DNA from: Macrostomum lignano
Taxonomy: Eukaryota
Direction: 5' to 3'
Length of the DNA: 64,000 nucleotides
Assembly (NCBI GenBank): GCA_002269645.1
Contig: NIVC01001196.1
Location: forward strand, 1 to 64,000
The notes under the pieces: model-generated
Told to the model about the DNA's origin: nothing
The model's input: the letters and a program-made list of their open reading frames with translations, nothing else
The model's database searches: none
Translations under genes and position numbers: made by a program
Shown here: in pieces, positions 33,196 to 45,900 of the stretch
Layout of the letters: each line of letters begins with the position of its first letter
How positions within the stretch are numbered: the stretch's first letter is position 1

Positions 33196-34947
33196 TTTCG
33201 ATTCTTTGGAAAAGTTGGCTTTAGCTCACATGAAAATGGTGCGAATCCCTGTAATGTAATTTTATTCTTCTTGAACTACGAGTATGCAGTACCTGCGAGC
33301 TCGTAGACTGTCGCACTTTCGCTCAACCCAAAATGAACAGTCTTTCTGTGTGAGCAAGCTCTTTATAAGCATACCGTATATCTGAGCTGCAGAACGTTTT
33401 TCTATGAATACAATTGCAAAAAGACGAAAAAACTGGACGAATATGCAGCAGGAATGTACAGCGATGCTTGCCAAATTAAAATGTACACGAGTTAAAATTT
33501 TTCTCGAGAACATCATTGTGCTCTTGCGAATTCATCTGCATCTCCACGATTTTGCTTCGGAAACTTCTTTCTCTCTGATGCTCACAAAATTTCTCTGACC
33601 GCGAGACCCCCCCCCCAACAAAAACTTAAAACCCCTTTTCAGCTCGAAAGTCACTAGCACGAATTTTACTGTTATGATACAGTCTAGAAAATTGATTTTG
33701 GCCATAAATGGACTCCCCTTAGCAAATGCATATCTGGTATTTGCAAGTATGATTTAATGCTAATGCTGCGTGCTGGGGTGGAACTATCATTTTTTGTCTG
33801 TTGCAATGCGTACCAGAGCATTTGCTTAGAAATCTACATCGGTTCGAAACTTTACCTAGGGAGCAACTCTAAAATATTCCTTCTCTATGATAGGTGCGGA
33901 GCTCCTACCTAATCACCAGAGGTCGGTAGTCGATACCCTACTGCTCTACAAAGACAAGATGTGGACACTGACGGACCACATTTCGCTGCTTAAATGATCG
34001 GCGATGAGCGAGATACTTTTGCGCCATTCCATCACCCCGCCGCCCTGGTCCGTTCAAAGTGACATTTTGTGCTTTCCAGTGATTCAAGCTGGCAGGCCAC
34101 ATCATCCGCGCTGAATTGTACTGCCCACATCCAATTGTACTGTAAGGTGCTGCTGCTGATTATGCAGGCACCCTACCGACGCCGACAGACTGGCGCCGGA
34201 GTCTTGAATTCGGTCGTAGCCTAACCCAAAGGTGCATCTCGTGACAATTCGGCTTCAGCATTTTTTAATATCTGGGTATTATATCTGGGTATTTTTGTTG
34301 CTGTTTGCCTTCGGCATGTACTAGAAGTTCCGAAAACTTTTACCTTAGCATCTTTATGAGATTAAAGTAATCGTTTAGCTGGTTACCATCTTTATCATTC
34401 AGCGTTTCTATGCTTGGAGCCACCATGGCACAAATTTCGGTACTACAGGTGACGCAGTGATGGCTTCCCGGGGAGTCTTGAAGAAGTCCTTGATGTCGCC
34501 AACAAGCTAATTGGTTTCTATTAAGATTACTATTTTAGTGAGTTGCAAGTGTACATATATGCGCTAGTCGATAGAGCTGAATTGACGGGGGGGAGTGCTT
34601 GTAATACACCAGGGTTTACAGATAAAGCAGAGAATATCATGGATAAAATACCAAACAGTGTATTTATTTAATTTTATTTTATGAAGGCGAATCTATGCAT
34701 AGTAAATTATAGAAAAACAATCTAGACAAATTTTGAATAGGAAACATGTGTTGCTAGCGCATTGTAGCAGCAGTCTTCACCACGTTGTCATCAAAAGAGG
34801 ATTACTAATAAAGTTGCGATGAGCTGCTCGGACTTCCATATACGTAATGTGACCATGGCATGTTCTCTTGAATCTGAAAGCAAAAAAAGAAAAAGTTTAG
34901 TTCTTGAACCAAAAAGAGAAATATATATTTACTATAATATAAATTAC

Positions 34948-37659
34948 CCTGGGCTGTCGTGGAGCCGTGGAACTATTCATTGACACAAAATTGTATATCG
35001 CAGCGATAAACAGGGTGACCGTCACCAACACTAACGGAAGAAAAACGCTGACAATCATCAGCCCGACGTCCTCCCTCATGGTTGATGCTTTGATGCCTAG
35101 AGAAGTGTGAGTTTGGAATTATTATTCAGCGCTGAGCGTCATCTGAACTACTAGGGGGGACGATTGTCTCTCATGACAGTTTGACAACGTGACAAGTACA
35201 GTGTACCATAATAATACGTTATACTGCATCATTTAACCCATTAAAAATCCTAAATGTCTTTTAATAATAGGCATAAATGCCAGCTAGATAGTTTGATACA
35301 GAACCCCCATTTCTATCTAACCGATTTCAACAGGTAGGGAAAACTGTAGTAGCATATAAAAATCCTTTCATTACCAAACGAATCGGCTGCAGGCAAGAAA
35401 TGTCACGAAAATAAACTGGGTTTGATTTAGGCACTATTTCCCCTAACTTTATGCCAGTATCAGCATCATACATCTGTTGAAAGACTTACTTCTTGGTCTG
35501 GCCGTTGACATGACAACTTTTGAAGTAGGCGAATCACTTGTAGAACTAGTAATTGTTGATTGAGTCGTCGCTTCTGACCACGACGATGTTGACTCAACTA
35601 CCGGAGGCATTGACTCGGTGCTAACTGACGGCACCATGGTTGCTGTTGAAGTCGGAGGGGCTGTTGTTGAATCTTTAACTACTGTCGTTGAATGTGATGT
35701 AAGGTCTGTCAGTGGAACCGGTGTTGTATAAGAATTCGCGATTGATGCTGTCGATGCCGCAGTCGCTGGGGAAAGAGTCGGCATTTCAGAACTCTCGCTT
35801 GTAGACGCAAGTGTTGAAGAAATCACTGGAGACGTCGAAACTGCTTGAACCGTTGAAGCGGTGCTATACACAGGTGACTCTACGGTGGTTGATTTTAATT
35901 GAGTCGGTATTGATGAAAAATCTGTGGCTGATTCTGTCGTTGCTGAAACAGTTGGCAGGGCAGTAGATGCAGACTGAGCAGGAGTTGCTAGAGCAGATGT
36001 AGTTGCATCAGGTGTTGTTGAAGCAGCTGTTGCATCAGTTGTTGCATCAGGTGTTGTTGAAGCTGCTGTTGCATCAGTTGTTGCATCAGGTGTTGTTGAA
36101 GCTGCTGTTGCATCAGTTGTTGCATCAGGTGTTGTTGAAGCTGCTGTTGCATCAGTTGTTGCATCAGGTGTTGTTGAAGCTGCTGTTGCATCAGTTGTTG
36201 CATCAGGTGTTGTTGAAGCTGCTGTTGCATCAGTTGTTGCATCAGGTGTTGTTGAAGCTGCTGTTGCATCAGTTGTTGCATCAGGTGTTGTTGAAGCTGC
36301 TGTTGCATCAGTTGTTGCATCAGGTGTTGTTGCACCAGGTGTTGAAACATCAGGTGCTGTTGCACCAGGTGCTGTTGCACCAGGTGTTGAAACATCAGCT
36401 GCTGTTGCACCAGGTGTTAAAACATCAGGTGTTGTTGCACCAGGTGTTGAATCAGCAAGTGTTGTTGGACCAGATGTTGAATCATCAAGTGTTGTTGCAC
36501 CAGGTGTTGAATCAGCAAGTGTTGTTGGACCAGATGTTGAATCATCAAGTGTTGTTGCACCAGGTGTTGAATCAGCAAGTGTTGTTGGACCAGATGTTGA
36601 ATCATCAAGTGTTGTTGCACTAGGTGTTGAATCAGCAAGTGTTGTTGGACCAGATGTTGAATCATCAAGTGTTGTTGCACTAGGTGTTGAATCATCAGGT
36701 GTTGTTGTACCAGGCGTCAAAGCAAAATTTGTCGCGAGATCAAGTGTTAGTGAAACAGGTGTTAGTGCATCAGGTGTTGATGGAGCAGTTGCTATTTCAC
36801 CAGGTGTTGAATCATCAGATGTTGAGGCATCAGATGTTCCTAGAAAAGCTGTTGTTGCATCAGGTGTTGCTGCACCAGGTGTTTGATAATCAGATGTTGT
36901 TTCAGCAGGTGTTAAAATATCGCTCGTTGAGGCTTCTGTTGTTGCTGATAAAGATGATGATGTCTCATTAGCTGAGTCTCCAGCAGCTACAGTGCCCGTG
37001 TATGGGTTAGTCGCTGTTTCAGTGTTGATTGTTGTTTCAATTGTTGAATTATCAATTTCACAGCGCGGACCTGAAAACCGTAAATATGAAATTACGAGCC
37101 GTATATATTTTAATGCTTTGATTTCGAGTTCACGTACAGAGTATGACCGAAACTCGTTTTGGTCATACTCAAAACTACATGAGCAGCTAAAGGTGTAATC
37201 CAGTGTACAAGTAAGATAGAAAAGCATATGTAATGTTTCTCGATACAAAATATTTCAACCGAACCTGTGGACTCAGGTGGGCAGGTGCAATTGAAATAGG
37301 GATCAGTATAGGTCAGAGTGCAGTTGCCGTCATTCAGGCACACAGGCAGCTCAGTGATGTTCTTGTCAGGCTGCAGGGTGAAGCAGTAGTCTGCTGCTGA
37401 TTCGCAGTAAGGTGCGATGTAGGGCAGCGGGCAGAGGCAGGGCGGGCTGTCTGTGAAGTTGTTGCAGGTGCCGCCGTTGAAGCAGGTGATTGCTGAGCAG
37501 TTGGCAGCTTGTGATGCTGCTGCAATCAGTTGAATAGGGTTTTACTTGTCTATTAAAATGGAATGCCAAAAGAGTGATCAGAAAGTTTATTCAAAAGGCC
37601 TCACTTGAGCAGAAAGTCAACATGACGGTCAGTGCTATACAGAGTTTCGCCGCAGCCAT
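34948..37659 (-). CDS. EGF-mucin-TM paralog 5 (exons 37605-37659, 37265-37519, 35490-37070 mucin, 34948-35096 TM; tail exon not resolved)
   Basis: Signal MAAAKLCIALTVMLTFCS; the mucin exon starts GPRCE and contains 39-bp (TTPDATTDATAAS) and 60-bp repeats; TM VGLMIVSVFLPLVLVTVTLFIAAIY. Confidence 0.8.
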
Positions 37660-39527
37660 TGTTAATCTAGTATGAGCCTTCGCGCAGCAAAAATCCAAGT
37701 AGCTGGCAAGTATCCAGGTCTTGCTTACATTCTCTTTTTGAGTAGGAAAATTGCATTGCACGAACTGCAGAAAATGGCTATTATTTTTGTATTCTTTAAC
37801 GAGCGCATAGCCTAGTTGGCTGGCACAATGGCAGGTGCAGAGTTGAAATACCAGGATTAGAATCTCATAAATAGGGCTGGGCGCACACATTCTCGCTTTT
37901 ACTCGAGACACGAATCCGCAAGGCTAGGGCTCGGTCTGGGTTTTCAGTCGAACAGAATGCAGTACTTTGTACGCACGCATAGTTTTGCCAACTCAGCTAC
38001 TAAAAAGATGCCGAACTCGTGAATAATAAGTAGAACTCATCTCTTAGTGGCAGAGCATGGATAACAAACCTGAAGTTCGTTAAACTCCTGCAAAATACAT
38101 TAGCGAGATAGGAAGTTTTCAAATTTTCGTACTACGAAGCTAACTTTCACTCCCACTGTCTGGACTTTCGACTAAATGAATAAAGCATGCGTGTTGTTAC
38201 AATTTTGTCGAGAAAATGTTTGAAATATTATTATTAAACATTTGTGTTTTCTAAAAGGAGTTCGCAAGGATTCGATGTTTTGCAAAGCAACTAAAAGTAC
38301 ACTGAAGAGACAGCAGCAGTTGAATTTCGCGGGAACTTGTGCACTTCGAGCGGGAAACATACCTGTTTTGTTTAGAATTCGGAGGTCCAGTGCTGATATA
38401 CTGAGAATTAAGTCAAGTTTATGAATTAATTTTTAATCATGATGTAAAATCCTTTCCAAAGCACTCAAAACAAAGAAGTTCTTGAAAGAAGAAGCAAATA
38501 ATTTCAAGCAATCTGGCAGGCATATTATTGCAACATGACCCTTTCATCTTCTTTGTAATCTTTGAATCGTTTTTCATTGTTTCTCGAGACTTCCTTCGAG
38601 CTGAGACTCGAATTTAACGCCATGATTAGTCTGTCCAGGACTCTGTCACGAAAAATGCTTCATTTAGAGGTTAGATGAGGTGACGAAGACAGAAACAACA
38701 GAACGTGAAGGACAGCGACTACAATGAATAAGCCACCTGGCACGACGAGTAGTATATTTTGCATCAGGTGTTAAAAGTTGTGAGAAATACAAGAAATACT
38801 AGAATACAACTTGAGCAGTTAAGCGAAATCGCTAATAAAGCACAACTTGGGGGTTTAAAAGCCAAGCGCCGTGCAACAACCTCCTATAACAGACCCGGCA
38901 CGAAGGATCTGTAGCCACACTTTTGAGCAGGTGCGCTGTCTCTTTGGAGAGTTCAAGACGTCATACCAACAACAGCTTTGATTCGATCACTATATTGGTG
39001 TCGAATCATATATCATGGAACATATACAGAGTCATGATGTCATCGGTACATACTAGATTAATTATGAAACAAAAAGTTACGGTGTTAGATAAGTTACGGG
39101 TAACATTTATTGTTCTTCTACTAATTATAGTCACATGCAAGGACTACTAGACTATCTAGAACGAAGTGTTCCTAGTGGTCCTTGTATACATGTAGGGTAG
39201 CGATTAAAATAAATTGAATATATCACAGGACATTTGTTATAATATGGAAAATTATTCAAAAAATGGAAAACTTTTTCATTAATTGGAATAAAAATGAGTC
39301 AATTATTTACAAAGAGTTCAATCTGAAGCGATTTTCAACTAAAAAACTTCATATGTGACGTTCGGTCAAAAATAAAACCTTAAAAACCGATAGTAAATAA
39401 TAATTTTACTAAATTTTTACTTCTTTTAGTTCAGACCGGAGAGAAGAAGAAAGTGTACCGTTACAAGCAAGAATAACAACGTATGCAGGATGTAATCCAT
39501 AAGACAATATGTAAGTAGTTGAATAAG

Positions 39528-41540
39528 TTAGAAGACATAGGGTATTTTCGCTCTCTTCTGGGGCATTGCGTAGACAACTTCCGCATCTGGGTGATTGTTT
39601 TTCTCGGACTCAGGTATTTTCGCTTTCTTCTGGACCACTGCGTAGACAGCTTCCGCATCTGGCGGATTGTTTTCCTCGGACACAGGAATTCTGCCACCTG
39701 GGCTGCCACCAGCTTCCGTGTCACCGAGAGATGTGCCATTGGTTGCTTGGCTGGAAAGTTCCGCAGCTTTTGAGTCGTCATTCGGCTGATATTTATTTTC
39801 AGTTTCATTAATAATTTCGGCTCCTGTACTCGGACAGTAAGATTTTGTTGTCGAATCGGCAGTTTCATCCGTAACTGTTGTGCTACTTGGAGCTTCCGAC
39901 TGCTTCCTGCAAATCTTTTTGCGTTTGTAAACTGCTACAATGATTACTATTATACATACGCCTCCGACCGTGCCGCCAGCAGCTGCGACGCCTACAGTGA
40001 CGGAAGCCTTGGAAAATCCAAGTGCTGAAATTACAAAAAAACAGTAGCTATTATTTTTGCCACAATAGAAGATTTTTTTATTTGAGTTTCATCAGGACAC
40101 TTACTGCCGTCTTCTTTGTGTGTCTCGTTGCATCGAACACCTAGAATATTAAGTGAAAAAACGGCTTGTAAAACTGATTGTGAAGTTTGAGAGTATCTAA
40201 ACACATTGAAACGCAATGCGTGTTATACCTCAGTAATAATAATAATACTAATAATTGATTACGCCTGCATTGATGGGCAGATGTGCAACCGACAGCTCAG
40301 CCGCAGCTATTGCGCGGCGCATCTGAAGGCTGCGAACGGCTGTTCAGTCCAAGGACTGGGGGTCGGTAAACAAACCCTCAATTACCCCAGCTAATAATGC
40401 TGGTTCCTATTTTGCAGCTGGGTGAACTGAAGCAATGCAGAGTTAAGTGTTTTGCTCAAGGACACAAATTGTTCCAATGAGATCGGGAATCGAGCCCCCA
40501 CTTTCAAGTTGAGTCGGACGCTCTAACCACTAGGCTACAACCCCTAGGTATACCCTAGTGTATACCAACTTGTCTGATAAGATACACTAGCAGAATAGAA
40601 TTTGTGATCCAGCGCAGTGCTTTTTATGTGCCAGTGGCCCAGCTCGACTCAAAATGCAGTCAGACTGATTTGGGACTAAAATGGAATCTCGGCTTGGCTC
40701 TGCTCGTGCAATTAGCGCTCTTGAGGGCCAACACCCAAAGCACAGTGAAGTGTACATGCCTAACGATAAAAAAAGTTAGAGCCACTGAACACTTTCGTGT
40801 GAGTGTTGTCTGTGCGTATGACTGCGTACGTATCCGCGCGCTTGTGTGCCTGCTCAGGGGAATCGGTGGAATGGGCAGCAATGCCTCTGGCCGGTTGTGT
40901 GACCATGTCGCTTAAAGTGTGCCAGGGTGCACACTCCGCTCTGCCTCTTAACTTATGACAAAACTATGCAAACATTTGGTCATGTACTGTTAAGGTACAG
41001 ATCTGTAAGCTCAATTCACTCAGCCCACTATACCAACTATCCATATATTCTAGTATACGTAGAAGAAGCAAATAGAAGCCTTTTTTATCAAAGAGATCGG
41101 CTTGATTTTACCTGTGTAGCCATCGGGACAGCTGCAGTTAAAGTAGTACGGATCGGTGTAAGTCAGAGTGCAGTTGCCGTGATGCAGGCACACAGGCAGC
41201 TTAGTGATGCCCTTGTCAGGCTGCAGGGTGAAGCAGTAGTCTGCAGCTGATTCGCAGTACGGTGCGATGTAGGGCAGCACGCAGAGGCAGGGCGGGCTCT
41301 CTGTGTAGTTGTTGCAGGTGCCACCGTTGTAGCAGGTAACTGCTGAGCAGTTGGCAGCTTCGACATAGTCTAAGATGCGTTAATTATGATAATATGTGGT
41401 TTTCAACATGATTAGTCGGAATATCTCGAATAATCATTATTTTCTGATGTACAAAAAAATTAAAATGGATTGAAAATTTGACTTTCTTCGTGATTCTTAC
41501 CGAATGCAGTTAAGAGAGTGAAGAAAATGAATATCAACAT
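39528..41540 (-). CDS. EGF-TM paralog 6, complete (exons 41501-41540, 41112-41369, 40105-40140, 39528-40024)
   Basis: Signal MLIFIFFTLLTAF; GVRCNET linker; TM VTVGVAAAGGTVGGVCIIVIIVAVY followed by KRKK; tail with duplicated Tyr motifs. Confidence 0.8.
40374..40538 (-). mobile_element. tRNA-derived SINE copy
   Basis: A-box TAGCCTAGTGG and B-box GGCTCGATTCCC on the minus strand; body homologous to 3830-3992. Confidence 0.65.
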
Positions 41541-42932
41541 ATCCTGCGACAGTTTTGTAGAGTAAAGCATGGAATTTGGCCGCAGATGTTTTTCTCCGCA
41601 CAAACTTCTCTTTTTCTACAAGCTTCTTTTTAACTGTGACTCATGTGACACAATGCGCATCTGTCTGCTTTTTAATACGCTTTGTGTGTTGTTATTGCCG
41701 CTAGGTACGAGTTTACCCGTATGTACATTACTTTGGAATAAATGCAAGAAACTCTATAACAAAACAACGAATTGTACAGGTTTTTAATTTTTTAACTTAC
41801 GGAGGCAAACTGGTTTTGAATTTTAAAAAGTACTCTCGAGTTTCTAGGCTAAATCCCTGTTTCTAGAGAACGGGTATGATGCAGTGTAGCTCGTATGTTG
41901 TATCTTCGAGTAAATGAAAAGAGTCATGTATTGTTATAACCAATCTGAAAAGTAACTCGGCGGCGAATGCATTTTAGAAGTGAAAGAGTTTATCAGCGCT
42001 GTAGCAGTTACAGCGAGTGAGTCGTGGTTATATCACAGTTGGGGTTGTTATTATTGATAGACTCGTGATGCGCGAGGGAAGTTTCTAGAATGTTACTATA
42101 TTTGGCATACGGGGAGAGCGTAGAATTTTCCAGAACAGTATCAGTATACATTAAAAATGGCTACTACTGTGTGTAACACGTTTTTCTGAAATCTATAACA
42201 GATTTGATGGCTTCGCCACCAAGCTGTGAGCACAGCTGACGAAACTATGGGTCCATCCGCAAGCGAGGGAGGCTTCCGTTGCCTCTCAGGGCGTCGTGGG
42301 TTGTCCGACCCGTAGGGCGGTGGCTGTGGAAATTCTCCCCCGTATACCGGCTTGGAGCTGCCGGCTGGGGTTTCGGGTGCACCGCAGTCGACGGCATGTC
42401 GGCTTGCTGAGTTGGCAGCGCTCCCGGTTTGATGTCCTCCACCAATGCATGGCGTGGTTGAAGCCGGTCATAGTGCCACCCCACCGGGTTGGACCGCTTT
42501 GTTTTTTTATTGTCACTATACATACCCATATGTAACGAATAAATCCAAAGATTTCCACTCATAAAACAACCTAATTGTACGCGAGAAGACAGCCATTGAT
42601 TTTCTATCTTACGGAGGCAGACTGCTTTTTAATCTTTGGTACGCTAAGGTAGAAGATCGTGTATGCTGCCGTCTAAAGCAGGGCAGGGTAGACCTAAAAA
42701 ATGGCTACAAATAATATACCTTTTTGCGATCTAGTTTGCCAAAACTGCAATCAATTTTGCCCGCGGAAAATTATCACTTATAATTTTGCTGTCTAGGCCA
42801 AGTCTGCTGAGTCATGACCAGAGTTTCAGCCACAGACAACTCTTTGAAAACTGCAATCAATTTTGCCAAAACTGCGACCTAGTTTGCCCATGGCAAGCCA
42901 AGAAGAATTTTTATTGAGAATCAATTCGGAAG

Positions 42933-45900
42933 TGTGGTGCGCAGCCTATGCGTGTACAATGCCCTTTCTCTTGCTCTCCAGCCAACGTGCTCAGTACCCC
43001 AATGTATTGCGTAACTCATAGCTGCACGTCGGCAGCTGCGTGAATATATATCGCAAATATACGGCTCTTAGAGGCCAAGATTCTTACCCGCCAAGCGGAC
43101 TACGAGCACTACAATGGCGTCGCAGCTAAACTTACCAAGCCCAGCGCGCTTGGACCTGCGAACAGACCCCAACACGGCCCAGACTAAATGGAAAAAGGGG
43201 TACGCACAATTTGAACTTTTCGCTGTGGCTGCAAACATCGAAGACAAAAAGCGGCTTCGCCAGCTTCTGCTGTATACAGCCGGAGAGGACTTGCAGTCGA
43301 TTGCGGCCGGTCTCGGCGACAGAGGCAGCAGGCAAAGACGTCGAAACACTTGTAGCCGCGCTAAACGACCACTTCGACAGCAAGCGGAATCTCCCGTTCA
43401 CCCGCTATCATTTCAGGTTGTGCACGCAGCGGTCCGGCGAGCCCATCGACGAATGGCTCCAGCGCCTCAAAGATGCTGCCGACTGCTGCGGCTTCGAGGG
43501 CCTCAGAGACTCCCTGATCCGTGACCAGGTGATCGCCGGCTGCAGTTCAGAGCAGCTTCGCCGCAAGCTGCTAGCGATCGACAATGTCGACCTGGAGCAG
43601 GCGCTTCGGGTGGCCAGAGCCATGGAGACAGCAGAGACTCAGGCAAGCCTCATGGAATCTAACGAGGCGGCGGTACAGCGACTTCGGCTTCGAGACACTG
43701 GTGCAGCGGCCTCATCAGCAGAGCGCCCAGTCAAGGGACCAGCCAAGCAGCAGCCAGGCAAGCAGACCACGTGCATCAGATGCGGAGTCCCGGGCCACCG
43801 CACATGCAACGCAGCCAGAGGCAAGACGTGCGAGCGCTGCGGAAAGCGAAATCACTTGGTGAGGGCCTGCCTCTCCCGGCCGTTGGAAGCCGTCCGCGCC
43901 CTGCAGGCCGACAGCGACAGCTCAGAGCCTGAGGACAGCATCTTCTGTCTGACCGTGGCAGCCACCGGGACGGCTACAGCGGGCGCCCGCACAACAGTGC
44001 TCGTCGACTCAACGCAGCTGGAAGTCCTGGTCGACAGCGGGGCCGACTGCAATATCTTGACAGAGAAAGCCTGGCGGAAACTTCCGCGACCCCCGCCGCT
44101 ACAGACAGCTCGCACAAAGGTATTCGCCTTCCGCTCTTCAGAACCGCTCAGCATCCTGGGAGCCTGCAGCCTGCAGGTGACAACCGGCCAAGATAGCCAG
44201 GAGGTTCGCTTCATCGTCGTCCCCGGCGACGGCGTCAACATCCTGGGACGGGAGGCATCAACCTCACTCCGCCTTCTGAGCTTGGGGCCTCAGGTTTGCG
44301 CGATCGCAGCAGCCGAGACGGAGAACGCAGAGACCCTGGCGCTGGCCAAGCGATTTCCGGAGCTCTTCAAAGGCCTCGGAAAGGTCAAGGGTGTTTCGGT
44401 TCAGATTGGTATCAAGCCTGACGCCAGGCCCGTCTGCCATCCGCCCTCTCGGGTACCAGTGCATCTCAGAGAGGCGCTGGACCGCGAGCTGGACGAGCAA
44501 GAGCGCCTGCAGATCATCCAGCCAGTAGAAGGCCCCACGCCATGGGTCAGTCGCATCGTCGTGGTACCGAAAGAAGACGGGAAGACCGTGAGGATCACCC
44601 AGGATTTGCGAGACGTTAACAAGGCGGCCCTGAGGCAACGACACCAAATCCCGACTTTTGAAGAAGCTACCAGCGACATGACGGGGTCGACAATCTTCAC
44701 CAAGCTCGACATCTTCAAGGCGTTTCATCAAATTGAGATCAGTGAGGACAGCCGCAAGTACTTCGTCTTCTCAACGCCCCGAGGGATGCGTCAGCTGACA
44801 CGCCTGAGCATGGGATTCGCCTCCGCCTCGGAGATCCTGCAGCGCGTCATGCAGCAAGTGCTGGAAGGCCTCGCTGGTGTCAAGTGGATCCACGACGACA
44901 TCATCATCCACAGTCAGGGCTCTGAAGTTCACCAGGAACACGTGGCAGCCTGCCTGACCAGACTGCGTGACAATGGCATCACCCTGAATGCCAGCAAGTG
45001 CCGCTGGGGCATCGGCAAGGCCAAGTTCATGGCTATGACGCTCTCCAAGTTCGGCATTCAGCCATCAGAAGAGAAAATCGCAGAGCTGCAAGCATTCAAG
45101 GATCCACAGTCTGCCAAGGAAGTCCGGTCGTTTCTCGGCCTGGCCAATCACCTCGAGAAGTTCATGCCGCACCTGGCCGACAAAGCGGAGCCGCTGAGGC
45201 GACTAACACGGAAAGGCCAGGAATTCGTCTGGGACCGCGAGCAGCAGCAGTCCTTCCAGGCCGTCAAGGACTGCATCTCCGAGGGCTGCACGCTGGCCTT
45301 CTTCGACAAGCGGCTGCCGACCGAGCTGGTGGTCGATGCGTCACCCGTCGGCGTCGGTGCCATTCTGCAGCAGCGGCACCCAAGCGGGCAGACGCGGCCG
45401 GTGGCCTACGCGAGCCGCACGCTCAGTGACGTCGAACGGCGCTACAGCCAGATCGAGCGCGAGGCCCTGGGCGTCAAGTTCGGCTGCTTGAAGTTCGCGT
45501 TTTACCTGGAGGGCTGCCCGGACTTTGATATCTACACCGACCACAAGCCGCTGCTCGGGATCTACAGAGCAGACTCAAGGCCGCCGCCCCGGCTCGAGCG
45601 TATCATGCTGCAGACCCAGCACTTCACGTTCACACTGCACTACCGCAAAGGCGAGGACAACCCGGCAGACCCGCTGAGCCGCAATCCGCTGACAAGCGCA
45701 TCGTCACACAAAGACGAGGCTGAGGACACCAGACTGTGCAACGCCGTTGTCCAAGCGGCCACCCCAAAGGGCCTGACCGTCGACAGGATCCGGGCTGCGA
45801 CCGAGAGAGACCCAGCTCTGGTGGTCGTCATGCGCGCCTTGGAAACAGGAAACTGGAGCTGCGGCGCGGCGAGCCCGGCGCACAGTTTTCGGTCCCTCAA

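Noticed and set aside
35988-36971. Gln/His/Leu-rich ORFs
   Set aside because: Alternative frames of the mucin repeat exon
42245-42562. Possible tyrosine-recombinase remnant (FHSH-ALRVG across a frameshift)
   Set aside because: Requires frameshifts and stops, with no other DIRS/Crypton hallmarks; too weak without a profile search
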